Part shown: positions 39,965 to 49,700 of the stretch, piece by piece
Layout: every line of letters begins with the position of its first letter
Position numbering within the stretch: position 1 is the stretch's first letter
DNA from: an uncultured delta proteobacterium
GTDB lineage: Bacteria > Desulfobacterota > Binatia > UBA9968
Assembly (NCBI GenBank): GCA_963816145.1
Contig: CAWFJP010000001.1
Span: forward strand, 320,001 to 384,000
Length of the DNA stretch: 64,000 nt
Direction of reading: 5' to 3'
Notes under the pieces: model-generated
Database searches by the model: none
What the model saw: only the letters and a program-made list of their open reading frames with translations
What the model was told of the DNA's origin: nothing
Position numbers and translations under genes: made by a program

Positions 39965-40098
39965 CGTACTGGTTCAGTTAGATCGAGATCTCTCACTTCG
40001 TTCGAGATGACAAGGCGACTATTCTGCTGTCATTTCGAGCGAAGCGAGAAATCTTTCTCAGGCTGAAAACGTCTGCCCACTCAAACTGAACCACTACC
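39965..40098. mobile_element. 134-bp MITE with IS1-like terminal inverted repeats and an 8-bp target duplication
   Basis: Ends cgtactggttcagtt / aactgaaccactacc; direct repeat cggcttga at 39957-39964 and 40099-40106; the interior is a REP-like doublet. Confidence 0.82.
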
Positions 40099-40166
40099 CG
40101 GCTTGATCTTTCACACGAGGCTGGCATAGATTCGCGCCATCTTGACCCATGTAACGGAGGCATCGA

Positions 40167-41147
40167 ATGATCCGTCTATCGCTCATCGCTAGCTTGTGGG
40201 TTCTGCTTTTTAACTCATTGGCCCAATCGGCCGACCGCGTGCGCATCGCCTACAGCTCGATCAGTGCCGCGTACACGGGAATCTGGGTTGCCCGCGAGGC
40301 CGGCTTTTTTGCCAAGGAAGGGCTGGAAGATCAGATCATCTTTATTCCCAGCGCCACCCAACTGGCCCAGGTGCTGGTGGCCGGCGATGTCGACATCGCA
40401 TCCCTCGGCGGCGGACCGGTGATGGCCGCCTCCTTGAGCGGCGCAGATTTGAAAGTCATCGGCAACAACGTCAACAAATTGATCTTCTCCATTCACGCCA
40501 AACCGGAGGTCAAGAGCCTCGAAGATCTGCGCGGCAAACGGATCGCCGTTAGCCGCTTCGGTTCGAGCGCTGATATCGCCGCACGGGCGGCATTGAGAAA
40601 ACTTAATATGGATCCGGTGAAAGACGTAAACCTGATGCAGTTGGGCACCATGGCGAACATGTTCGGCGCCCTGAAGTCAGGTGGGGTCGAGGCTTCGGTG
40701 GTCTCGCCGCCGACACAGTTTCTATCCGAAAAGATGGGCTTCAAGGAGATCTTCAGCATCACGGAAATGGATCTCGCCTACCCCAACCCATCGATGGCCG
40801 TTCCCGGCGACCTCATCCGCAAAAAACCCGACATGATCGATCGCTTTATGCGCGCTTACGTGCGCGCCATGCAGCGCGCACGTATCGACAAGGAAGGAAC
40901 TATCAAAACCTTGGCAAAGTATACGACCATTACCGATGCGGATATCTTGAATCGCGCCTATGAATTTTACATGAACAGAGTTCTCGAACGCGCCCCCTAC
41001 ATCAATATGCAAGGCATGCAAAACGCCCTAGACGACGTTGCGAGAAGTGTCCCCGCCGCGAAAAACGCCAAGCCGGAACAGTTCGTCGACCTGCGGTTCC
41101 TAGATAGGATCGAAAAAAGCGGCCTGCTGAAGGAACTCTACAAATAG
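40167..41147 (+). CDS. ABC substrate-binding protein, NitT/TauT family (orphan)
   Basis: Signal peptide; GFFAKEGL, DLRGKRIAVSRFGSSAD and AKPEQFVD.RFL; RBS ggagg. Confidence 0.9.
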   Translation: MIRLSLIASLWVLLFNSLAQSADRVRIAYSSISAAYTGIWVAREAGFFAKEGLEDQIIFIPSATQLAQVLVAGDVDIASLGGGPVMAASLSGADLKVIGNNVNKLIFSIHAKPEVKSLEDLRGKRIAVSRFGSSADIAARAALRKLNMDPVKDVNLMQLGTMANMFGALKSGGVEASVVSPPTQFLSEKMGFKEIFSITEMDLAYPNPSMAVPGDLIRKKPDMIDRFMRAYVRAMQRARIDKEGTIKTLAKYTTITDADILNRAYEFYMNRVLERAPYINMQGMQNALDDVARSVPAAKNAKPEQFVDLRFLDRIEKSGLLKELYK

Positions 41148-41396
41148 AAGAAAAGAAAACGTTCCAATCGTTCAAACAGTTCCAACGGTTCCAATCGTTG
41201 ACGGATAAAGATTCTCAGTCAGAACTTTAGCCTCAAAGAATGCAAAGGTAAGTTATTAATGGCGGACCAATCTTGCCCCTTCCCCCGTCGGACGGGGGAA
41301 GGCCGGGATGGGGGCCCGATGTTGAACCTTGAACCCGTTCGATAAGCTCAGGGCAGGTTTTTAAACCCTTGAACCGCGCGGCGCCGCGCGGCCGCG

Positions 41397-42395
41397 CTAA
41401 TTCGGCAACCAGCACACCGCCGCGATCTCGCTCAATTCTCTGCGCAACTTGGTCCACGATTTCGCGCCGTCGTCGCTGCGGTACAAATAACCGTAACGGC
41501 TCGCGGCAAAAATAACATTCGGGTCATCGGAGTTTGTTCCGAAAGTCCACATGGTCGAGTTGGGTTCCTGCGGCAGCGGCAAAATCTTCCAGCTCTGACA
41601 AAAATCATCGCTCTGCGCGAGCGCACCAGAGCTTCCCGGTGTGAAATCGCCGAAGCTCAACAGGATTTTTTTCGGATCCGCCGGGTGCATGGCGATGCCG
41701 CGCAGATAGTTTTCTTTCCTAGGATAGTCCCAGGGCAGCGACTGCTGCATGTTGCGCGGCTCCCAAGTCTTGCCATTATCGGTGCTGCCGTAGATCTCGC
41801 GGTTTGCCATGATGAAAGTCGTTTTGGGCGGGCCGGCAGTGACGGCCACGTTGTGTATGTCGCGCCGCCCGGTCACTTCGACGATGCTCCAACTATCGCC
41901 GCCGTCGCTGCTATGACGGGCGCCATCCACTTCGAGGCCGGCCCAGATATGGTTGGGCTCCAACGGATCGACGGCGATCCCGGTAAACCTCGGCGTACCG
42001 ACTGCTTCGCACTCGGTTGCGACTTCCATGGGGCGCCGATCCCAATTCCGGCCGCCGTCTTTCGAACGGAACAGCATCGCCGGCGTCGGCGTGCCGGTGC
42101 CGGCAAACATGATATCCGGGTTGACCGGATCGAACGCGATCACCCACACGTAATGGTCGTCGAGCGCCGACACGACCCGTTTCCAGTTCGCTCCGCCATC
42201 CTCGCTGCGATAAATCCCTTTCTCCGTACTGGCGAAGAGAATCTTATGCTGCTTTGGATGCATGGCGATGCAGCGTACCGCCGCTTCATAGGCAAATCCC
42301 CGGCGCGGCCCAATGCGCGCCCAAGTTTGGCCGTTGTCCTCGCTGCGCATGATGCTCTGACCGATGGTCCCGACAACTATGGTTACGTCTCGCAT
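41397..42395 (-). CDS. BNR/Asp-box beta-propeller protein
   Basis: Asp boxes SEDNGQTW, SEDGGANW, SKDGGRNW, SSDGGDSW, STDNGKTW, SDDFCQSW and SDDGAKSW. Confidence 0.85.
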   Translation of the reverse strand: MRDVTIVVGTIGQSIMRSEDNGQTWARIGPRRGFAYEAAVRCIAMHPKQHKILFASTEKGIYRSEDGGANWKRVVSALDDHYVWVIAFDPVNPDIMFAGTGTPTPAMLFRSKDGGRNWDRRPMEVATECEAVGTPRFTGIAVDPLEPNHIWAGLEVDGARHSSDGGDSWSIVEVTGRRDIHNVAVTAGPPKTTFIMANREIYGSTDNGKTWEPRNMQQSLPWDYPRKENYLRGIAMHPADPKKILLSFGDFTPGSSGALAQSDDFCQSWKILPLPQEPNSTMWTFGTNSDDPNVIFAASRYGYLYRSDDGAKSWTKLRRELSEIAAVCWLPN

Positions 42396-42455
42396 ATTTC
42401 CTCCCAATACGACTGGAACGATTGGAACGGCTTGACCAACTGGAACGTGTTTATA

Positions 42456-43436
42456 TTAGATGTTGACCCGATGCAGATCCTTAGTCCGCGGTCCCGCCGC
42501 CGCCCCCGGCGGAAAGATCCCGTCGAGCCGCGCTAAATCTTCTTTGCCGAGCTTCAACTCCACGGCTGTGATATTCTCTTCCAGATGAGCGCGGCTCTTG
42601 TTGCTGGGAATGGGGATCACGTTGTCGCCCTGGGCCATCAGCCAGGCGAGCGCCAGTTGCGCGCAGGTGCAGTGCTTCTCTCGCGCCAGTTCTTCGAATC
42701 GCGCCAACAGCGCGAGATTCTTCGCCAGATTATCGCCTTGAAAACGCGGATGGTTGATCCGGCCATCGCCTTCGCTCATATCCTTCGAGTCATGAACCAG
42801 CCCGCCGAAAAAACCGCGCCCGAGCGGAGAATAGGCCATGAATCCCATTTTGAATTCGCGGCACGCCTGCAAGTTGCCGCCCTCGGGATCGCGCGACCAG
42901 AGCGAGTATTCCATCTGTAAAGAAACGATCGGATGTACCTGGCGCGCGCGCCGGATCGAGTTGGCGCTCGCCTCCGAAAGTCCGATGTAGCGAGTCAGCC
43001 CGCGCTCGACCAATTTTGCCATGGCGCCCACCGACTCTTCGACCGGGATATCCGGATCGACCCGCGACATGCAAAAAATATCCAAGGCAGCGACGCCTAG
43101 CCGCTTCACGCTTTGCTCGCAGTTCTGGGTCAAATACTCCGGCGTGCTGCCGCTGCGACTGCCCTTGGCGTCGGGCGTGCGCGGGCTGCCGGATTTGGAA
43201 TGAATCACGATGCGCTCGCGCCGTCCTTGCAGCGCTTTCTTGATCAGCTCGTGGTTATGGCCCTGGCCATAGCTGGCCGAGGTGTCGAGAAAGTTGATGC
43301 CGAGATCGAACGCCTCGTGCAAGGTCGCGATCGATTCGTTATCGTCCGCCGGCCCATAGGCCCCCGACATGCTCATGCAGCCCAGCGCCAAGCGCGAGAC
43401 TTTAAATTCCGTCGAACCAAATTGAACGTAATCCAT
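42456..43436 (-). CDS. Aldo/keto reductase
   Basis: LGCMSMS..YG, GINFLDT..SYG, IGLSE, Q.EYSLW.R, AYSPLGRG and AQLALAWL. Confidence 0.92.
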   Translation of the reverse strand: MDYVQFGSTEFKVSRLALGCMSMSGAYGPADDNESIATLHEAFDLGINFLDTSASYGQGHNHELIKKALQGRRERIVIHSKSGSPRTPDAKGSRSGSTPEYLTQNCEQSVKRLGVAALDIFCMSRVDPDIPVEESVGAMAKLVERGLTRYIGLSEASANSIRRARQVHPIVSLQMEYSLWSRDPEGGNLQACREFKMGFMAYSPLGRGFFGGLVHDSKDMSEGDGRINHPRFQGDNLAKNLALLARFEELAREKHCTCAQLALAWLMAQGDNVIPIPSNKSRAHLEENITAVELKLGKEDLARLDGIFPPGAAAGPRTKDLHRVNI

Positions 43437-43583
43437 CGAATCCTCCGTCCAGCGCCCAGAGTTACCGCAGTTGAACGGAAGAAGTCAAACCTCGATATGA
43501 TCTGATTGACAGCAGCATTCCATCTGCATTAGACCTACCTCAGATCGATCCGTGAACGGTCGCGTGACCGTTGGAGAACCATC

Positions 43584-44603
43584 ATGAAACGACGACCCAA
43601 TCTCGCTGCCTTATGTTGTGCATTTGGTTTGATCCTGGCATCGAGCCCGCGACAAAACGCCGTCGCGGCGGAGAAACTTGACAAAGTCCGCTTCACTTAC
43701 GCGCCGCTGTCGGCCAGCGGTTTTCTCTGGTTCATTGCCAAAGACGCCGGCTATTTCGAGAAAAACCGCCTCGATGTCGACATGTATTTCGAAGGCGCAT
43801 CGCCGATCATGGTGCAATCTATTCTCGCAGGCGAGAATCAGCTCGCTGGCGGCTTGGGACCCACCGTAGTCACCAACGTCTTACAGGGTGGAGATGTCAT
43901 TCCTGTCGCCTGTATCACGCACACGTTTACCACCCCCATGTACGTGCAACCGTCGATCACCAGCTTGCAGCAACTCCGCGGCAAGAAAGTCGGTGTCAGC
44001 CGCATCGGCGCCGTATCGCACCTGACCGCGGATTCGATTCTGCGCCGTGCCCGGGTTGGTGATGTAACGATCATCCAAACCGGTGGCATTCCCGAATCCA
44101 TGGCGGCGATCATGACCGGCAACGTCGATGGTGCCATGGTCAACCCGCCGAACAACATAATTCTCAGAGAAAAAGGCTTTCGCGAGATCGTCGGCGCGAA
44201 ACAGCTCAAAGAAATGAATCTGCGCTTTCCCGAGAACGGCGTCATGGCCAAGCGCACCTGGGCCGAAAAGAATGCGGATGCCGTCAAACGGTTCATTAAA
44301 TCGCTCGCTGAGGGCTTGAAGCGAATGCATGACGACAAGGTGTTCGCGATCAAGACCCTGAGCAAGTACACCAAGGTTACCGACGCGAAATCTCTGGAGG
44401 AGAGCTACCGCTGGGGCATGGATAGTTTTTTCAAAGACTTCAAGACACCGCCAGAGGCGATGCGGCTCATGGTCGATCAGCTCGCGTCGTCGCGCATGAT
44501 CGACCTCAATCTCGCGCAAAAAACGCCGCTGACGGCCTATTATGAAAACCGTTATGTTGAAGAGTTGGAGCGCGAAGGGTTTTTCAAGAAACTTTGGCAG
44601 TAG
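43584..44603 (+). CDS. ABC substrate-binding protein, NitT/TauT family (orphan)
   Basis: Signal peptide; AKDAGYFEKN.LDV, LRGKKVGVSR.G and ELEREGFFKKLW. Confidence 0.9.
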   Translation: MKRRPNLAALCCAFGLILASSPRQNAVAAEKLDKVRFTYAPLSASGFLWFIAKDAGYFEKNRLDVDMYFEGASPIMVQSILAGENQLAGGLGPTVVTNVLQGGDVIPVACITHTFTTPMYVQPSITSLQQLRGKKVGVSRIGAVSHLTADSILRRARVGDVTIIQTGGIPESMAAIMTGNVDGAMVNPPNNIILREKGFREIVGAKQLKEMNLRFPENGVMAKRTWAEKNADAVKRFIKSLAEGLKRMHDDKVFAIKTLSKYTKVTDAKSLEESYRWGMDSFFKDFKTPPEAMRLMVDQLASSRMIDLNLAQKTPLTAYYENRYVEELEREGFFKKLWQ

Positions 44604-44608
44604 GGGGG

Positions 44609-44690
44609 ACGATTACAAATTCCAGATTACAGATTCCAAATTGAAATCCGATTCCGGCAATCTGGAATTTGGAATCTGACATTTGGAATT
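44609..44690. repeat. Inverted heptamer repeat (attccag/attccaa and tggaat units)
   Basis: attacaaattccagattacagattccaaatt ... atctggaatttggaatctgacatttggaatt; a related array lies at ~62758-62810. Confidence 0.6.
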
Positions 44691-44710
44691 GCTAGCGACA
44701 CGAGGTTTCC

Positions 44711-45697
44711 ATGACAAGTAAAAAGTTCGTCACGCTCCTGCTGTTTTTGACGGCTCTGCTCGGTCAGCGTGCACTGGCCCAGGAAAAACCCAAAATTTAT
44801 ATCGGCCCGGCGAGCAAGACGCTGGGTTATAGCCCGCTTTGGGTCGGCTGGAAGAAGGGCTTTTTCGAGCAACAGGGGTTGGACGTGGAAGTAGTTGTTT
44901 TGCGCGGCATGCCAATGGTTGTGCAAGCTCTGGCGGCGAATTCTATCCAATTCGGCTGCGGCGGGCCCGAGCCGTTTATGGAATCGAGCGACCGCGGCCT
45001 CGATTTCATCATCACCGGCGGCGTCATCAACGGCATGACAGCGGCCATCGTCGCCGGCAAGAAATACAAAAGCTTCGAAGATCTGCGCGGCACGACGGTA
45101 GGATCGTCAGCTTTGACCGGCGGCACGGTCGTCGCATTTCGCGAGGCCTTACGACAAAAAGGCTTGGAATATCCGCGCGACTATAAAATATTGGTGGTCG
45201 CCGGCGGCTCGCCCGGCAATCTTGCGGCATTGCAGTCAGGGCAGATTTCGGCCACGACCGTGGCTGTTCCGTTGAACTATGCCGCGGAAGAATTGGGCTT
45301 CAACACTCTCGGCCGTCTGCTGGACGCCGTGCCGCAGTTCCAGTCGGCGGCTCTGGCCACACGCCGCTCCTGGGCCGAGAAAAATCGCCCGCTGATGGTG
45401 CGCTTCATGAAAGGCATGGTGCAGTCACTGCGCTGGATGCACAACAACAAAGACGCCACAGTGGAATTCCTAGCCAAAGAAATTCAGTTGAAGCCTGCGC
45501 TCGCCCTAAAAGGCTGGGAATACTACACACAAAATCGCATCTGGCCCTACGACGGCGAACCCAACATCGAGGGCATGAAGCACAATATCCGCACCTACTA
45601 CGAACAGACCGGCGCAAAAACCCCGGTGCCGGATGTTTTTAAATTTGTCGAGATGAGTTATCTCAATGAAGCGCTCAAAGAGTTTGGTAAGCGCTAA
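44711..45697 (+). CDS. ABC substrate-binding protein, NitT/TauT family (orphan)
   Basis: Signal peptide; KGFFEQQGLDVE, FEDLRG and RFMKG. Confidence 0.88.
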   Translation: MTSKKFVTLLLFLTALLGQRALAQEKPKIYIGPASKTLGYSPLWVGWKKGFFEQQGLDVEVVVLRGMPMVVQALAANSIQFGCGGPEPFMESSDRGLDFIITGGVINGMTAAIVAGKKYKSFEDLRGTTVGSSALTGGTVVAFREALRQKGLEYPRDYKILVVAGGSPGNLAALQSGQISATTVAVPLNYAAEELGFNTLGRLLDAVPQFQSAALATRRSWAEKNRPLMVRFMKGMVQSLRWMHNNKDATVEFLAKEIQLKPALALKGWEYYTQNRIWPYDGEPNIEGMKHNIRTYYEQTGAKTPVPDVFKFVEMSYLNEALKEFGKR

Positions 45698-45735
45698 TTT
45701 CATTCCGGGCAAAAATTCGATGTTGAAGACTTTTC

Positions 45736-45816
45736 CGTCATACCGGCGAAAGCCGGTATCCAGGTGCGATGGAGGGCGGGAGCAAAGACTGGATGCCGGC
45801 CTGCGCCGGCATGACG
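45736..45816. repeat. REP-like doublet (gtcataccggcgaaagccggtatcca family)
   Basis: Matches 27224-27292. Confidence 0.78.
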
Positions 45817-45876
45817 TTCATGAATTCACCGGCGCGCGAGACACCAATCTCCGACATTGGGATCAAGAATTTCCCC

Positions 45877-46953
45877 TTACATCCGCCGCACAACCGGCAT
45901 TACTTCCTGCGCGCAAAGCCGCATCGACTGCAACACCTTATCCTGCGCCAAACTACCGGAAGCGATATTGAGCATGAGCTGCTCGGGATGCATGGCATCG
46001 ACGTAGAACTTGATCTTCTCGATGCATTCATCCGGCGTGCCCCAGACCGCCATGATGTTCGGCCCTTCGGCGGCAACCGCGGCCTTGGCTTTTTCCGGTG
46101 TGCAGAGCTTCTCGAAGGCTTCGCGCGACGCGCTCTTGCTCCCATAGGTTTGAATGGTTTCGGTTTCCACCGGCCGGCTTAATCTGCCGCGCAAAAAGAC
46201 ATCGGCTTGGCTCGACAGCGCGACGGCGCCGTTTTCGATCGCTTCGTGGCGATCGTTGCCGACATGCAAATGAATGCCCAGCACAACGTCGCTCTTGGCT
46301 CCCGCCGGCAAATTTTCCCGATAGGTCTCGGTCAAGCTACTCACCAGCTTGAATGGAATGCCGAGATACCCCGGCTGCACCAAGCCCTGGCCCACTTTGC
46401 CAGCGAAGCTCGCGCTGTTTGGCGTCGTCGCCGCAGCGGTGTAGATCGGCGGATGGGGCTGCTGGATCGGCGGCGGGCTCAGTTTGAAGTCGCGAATCTG
46501 CCAAAACGCGCCGTCGAGCTTTTCGATATAATCGCCTTTGAAGATCTCGACCAGCATGCGGATGCCTTCTTCGAAGCGCGCGCTGCTGGTGGCGGCGTCG
46601 ACATTCATGCGGCCGATCACCCAGGGATGGCCGCGGCCGAGGCCGAGCATGATTCTGCCGTCGGTCAATAAATCCGCCGCGGCGACTTGGCTCGCCAACA
46701 TCGCCGGATGATGAATCGGCATGCTGATGATGCCTGTGAGAAAGCGAATCCGCCGCGCCCGCTGCGCCGCGGCGACATAAAGTCCCAGCGGAAACGGCGA
46801 GCACGAGAACAGATCCTTGCCGTAGCTCTCGGTGATGGAAAAAAAATCGTAGCCCAACTCGTCGGCCACGGCGATCTGTTCCAACACCTCAGCGTAGAGC
46901 TGATGCTCCGACTTCCCCGGATAAGAAAATTCGGTAAACAGTCCAATCTTCAT
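45877..46953 (-). CDS. LLM-class flavin-dependent oxidoreductase
   Basis: MKIGLF, ADELGYD, HP..LA...A..D.LTDGR..LG.GRG, P.P.QQPHPPIY and GTPDEC. Confidence 0.9.
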   Translation of the reverse strand: MKIGLFTEFSYPGKSEHQLYAEVLEQIAVADELGYDFFSITESYGKDLFSCSPFPLGLYVAAAQRARRIRFLTGIISMPIHHPAMLASQVAAADLLTDGRIMLGLGRGHPWVIGRMNVDAATSSARFEEGIRMLVEIFKGDYIEKLDGAFWQIRDFKLSPPPIQQPHPPIYTAAATTPNSASFAGKVGQGLVQPGYLGIPFKLVSSLTETYRENLPAGAKSDVVLGIHLHVGNDRHEAIENGAVALSSQADVFLRGRLSRPVETETIQTYGSKSASREAFEKLCTPEKAKAAVAAEGPNIMAVWGTPDECIEKIKFYVDAMHPEQLMLNIASGSLAQDKVLQSMRLCAQEVMPVVRRM

Positions 46954-46971
46954 ATCGTGCAGATGAAACAA

Positions 46972-47080
46972 GGGCGGGTCTAAAACCCGCCCCTACGAAG
47001 TTCAAATCTTTTTTGCGCTCTTTACGATTAATCCCCCTCCTCTTTCCTCCCCCGCAAGCGGGGGAGGACGAAGGTGGGGG
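46972..47080. repeat. GTAG-type REP plus cctccccc-type palindrome
   Basis: gggcgggtctaaaacccgcccctac; tcctcccccgcaagcgggggagga..aggtggggg (family also at ~41274, 53778, 57745-57892 and 60128). Confidence 0.68.
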
Positions 47081-47114
47081 TGACCCTGGTGCCCTTTGTG
47101 GTTAACCCATTTGG

Positions 47115-48194
47115 CTACTTCGTGCGCCGCTGCAGGCCGAAGATCCGGTTAAACTGATCGATGATATCGTTCAGATTCGGCCCAATGGAAGCTGGGCTCA
47201 AGAACACGAAATCTTTCTGAAACAGCTCCTGCACCCAAGGCCGATGCTTGATGCCGCGCCGCACCGACAGCCGTCCGACCTCTGCCATGCGTGTTTGGCC
47301 CTCTTCCGAGAGCATCCAGTCGATGAACAAGACCGCCGAGAACGGATGGGGCGCGCGCTGCATCAGCGTCAAAAAGTTGGGTTCGCCGGCGTAGGGATCG
47401 AGGATCCGATAATCGATCGGCGCGCCTTGCTGCTTGTACTCAGACACGCGCCTAGCGCGCGCCGCGATGGCGATGGCCGATTCGCCGGCGAGCATGAGCT
47501 GCACGCGCATCACGCTGCTCGATCCTGGCATGGCGAGATCCTGCTTGGCGAGCGCCTGCATGAACTCAGTGCCTTTCGCTTTGCCCATGGATTCCAGCAT
47601 GATGTTAAACCAGGTGTACTCTTCGGTGCCGAGGCTCATCCGGCCTTTCCACTTGGGATTGAGCAGGTCGGCATTGGTGCGCGGCGCATCGGCGGCCGAA
47701 ACCTGCTTGGTATTGAACGCCAACGCCATCGGCGTGACATCGAACGCCTGCCAGTAACCCTCGGCATCGAACGAACCCGACTGCAAGGCGCGCCGCTCAG
47801 GCGACAGGTAGGGAGCCGACAACTTGCGCTGCTTCAACTGCCACATCTCCACCGGCGCCGACCCGATCACGTCGGCGGCGAATCTGCCGGCGCGCGCCTC
47901 GGTGTCGACGCGGGTGAATACGCCGGATGGCAGGGCTCGGTAGGTGTTGGTCTTGATGAACGGATAGCTCTTCTCGAAATGCGGCAGGATCTTCGGATAA
48001 TCGGTCAAGCTGAGCGATGTATAGAAAACGATCTCGGCTTCTTTTTTGGCCCCCTCTTCGAGAAATGTCTTGCGCTCGGCGCCGGTAAGCGCCGAGGCCT
48101 TTTTGACCACTTCCTCGACGGTGGCGGCCGACCCGCTGCGCCAAGGCGACAGCAATAGCCACACAACGACGAGAAAACGAATAATATTCGGCAT
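47115..48194 (-). CDS. ABC extracellular solute-binding protein (Fe3+/thiamine-type, orphan)
   Basis: GAKKE, FEK.YPF, DLLNPKWKG and APHP..A.LF.DW.LSEEGQ. Confidence 0.88.
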   Translation of the reverse strand: MPNIIRFLVVVWLLLSPWRSGSAATVEEVVKKASALTGAERKTFLEEGAKKEAEIVFYTSLSLTDYPKILPHFEKSYPFIKTNTYRALPSGVFTRVDTEARAGRFAADVIGSAPVEMWQLKQRKLSAPYLSPERRALQSGSFDAEGYWQAFDVTPMALAFNTKQVSAADAPRTNADLLNPKWKGRMSLGTEEYTWFNIMLESMGKAKGTEFMQALAKQDLAMPGSSSVMRVQLMLAGESAIAIAARARRVSEYKQQGAPIDYRILDPYAGEPNFLTLMQRAPHPFSAVLFIDWMLSEEGQTRMAEVGRLSVRRGIKHRPWVQELFQKDFVFLSPASIGPNLNDIIDQFNRIFGLQRRTK

Positions 48195-48209
48195 AGTCGT
48201 TGGGCGCGC

Positions 48210-48587
48210 TTACAAGTCGTTGCGCCGCACCGGGCCCCATCCGGTGGTGGAAATATCGATCAGGTTGCCGTCGGGATCGCTCGCCCGCCCTTCGGCGTAG
48301 GTGGCGATGCGGTCCTTCGGCGCGCCCTCAGGATACACTTCCATGATTCGCTTGGTGGTTTCCTGGGCGTCGTCGATGTGGAAGCCGAAATGATACAGCC
48401 CCGCCGGGTGTCCGGGCTCTTTGGGGTCGTTGGCATTCAAGACCGCGAGATTGACCTCGCCGTCGGACAAATGCACCGAACCGTTTTTCGTTCGATATAA
48501 TTCCTTCATGTCGAATACCCGCTTGTAATAGTCCGCGAGCTTTTCCGGCTGGTGCGTAAGCAGTGCCAAGTGTCGAAGCTTTGCCAT
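48210..48587 (-). CDS. VOC (glyoxalase-like) family protein
   Basis: KLRHLAL, LSDGEVNLA.L, GLYHFGF and DPDGNLIDIS. Confidence 0.88.
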   Translation of the reverse strand: MAKLRHLALLTHQPEKLADYYKRVFDMKELYRTKNGSVHLSDGEVNLAVLNANDPKEPGHPAGLYHFGFHIDDAQETTKRIMEVYPEGAPKDRIATYAEGRASDPDGNLIDISTTGWGPVRRNDL

Positions 48588-48744
48588 GGTCCTGTTCCCT
48601 CCAAATCCCGAGTTATTTGAGCCAGCGCTATCACCGCCCAGCAATCCTGTCAACGAGCGAAGTCGCATCGATCTCGACTTCCGTAACGATTGGAACGAGT
48701 TGAACAGTTGGAACGATTGGAACTCATTTAGCGCGCCATGCGCG

Positions 48745-49692
48745 CTAAATGACCATAGTCGTCCCAACACTATTGGGCGTGAATGCATCGGGGAACTCGC
48801 GCGCGATGAGATGCGTCGCCTTCCAGCCTGTACAGTGCTGCGGCACAATGACGCTGGGATTGAATTCTTTGAGCGCCTGCACCGTCGGCTGGACGATTGG
48901 CTCGAAGACCGGCCCGGTAAGATGAAACCCGCCGATGACTGCGTGGATCTGCTTGACCCCGGTCATGTCGCGCGCGCATTTTAGCGTGTTCACCACGCCG
49001 GCGTGACCGCAGCCGGTGAGCACGACGAGTCCTTTGTCTTTCACGTTGATGACGATCGCCTGATCGTCATGGATCCACGGGTCAGGCTGCCAACGGCCAT
49101 CGATCAACGCGACTTGAGTGGGACTGCCCTTCTCAAACGGCGTCGTCCGCGGAATCTGGCCGGTTACCAAAGCGTTGCCGCCGATCAGCATCGTCGGCCC
49201 GCGCTCTTCGATGATCTGCACATCTTCGCCTTCGAGATCCTTCTTGCTCGGCGGGATATGCTCCGACTCGTGGCCGTCGCCCTGAATGTTTTTACGTTGC
49301 AGGTAAGCGTCGGGATGGAGCACGATGGGCACTCGCGGCCGGCCATAACGTTTGATGAATCCCATCAGGCCGCGCGTGTGATCGGTGTGGCCATGGCTCA
49401 AGACCACGGCATGAAGCTCGTTGCCCTTGATGTCGAGCACATCCATATTGTGCAGCACACCATCGACGGTCACACCGGTGTCGAACAGAAACGAGTCCTT
49501 GTTACCGCCGGCATAGGTGGTCACCAGCATCGACACGCCGTGCTCGGCGCGCAGCTGCGGTCCCTTGTGCCCGTCACTCTTGCGCCGGTGGCGCTTGGCC
49601 ACCGGCGTGTTGCCCATGAGCACGTCGATGGTATTGTCCATGATGCTGAGGATCTCCACGCGGTCGACTTCTTTCAGGGGTACCGGTGCCAT
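48745..49692 (-). CDS. MBL-fold metallo-hydrolase (COG1237-like)
   Basis: AEHG.S, LFDTG, LSHGHTDH, DDQA, TGCGHAG..N, GGFHL and HCTG. Confidence 0.9.
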   Translation of the reverse strand: MAPVPLKEVDRVEILSIMDNTIDVLMGNTPVAKRHRRKSDGHKGPQLRAEHGVSMLVTTYAGGNKDSFLFDTGVTVDGVLHNMDVLDIKGNELHAVVLSHGHTDHTRGLMGFIKRYGRPRVPIVLHPDAYLQRKNIQGDGHESEHIPPSKKDLEGEDVQIIEERGPTMLIGGNALVTGQIPRTTPFEKGSPTQVALIDGRWQPDPWIHDDQAIVINVKDKGLVVLTGCGHAGVVNTLKCARDMTGVKQIHAVIGGFHLTGPVFEPIVQPTVQALKEFNPSVIVPQHCTGWKATHLIAREFPDAFTPNSVGTTMVI

Positions 49693-49700
49693 AACGCCTC

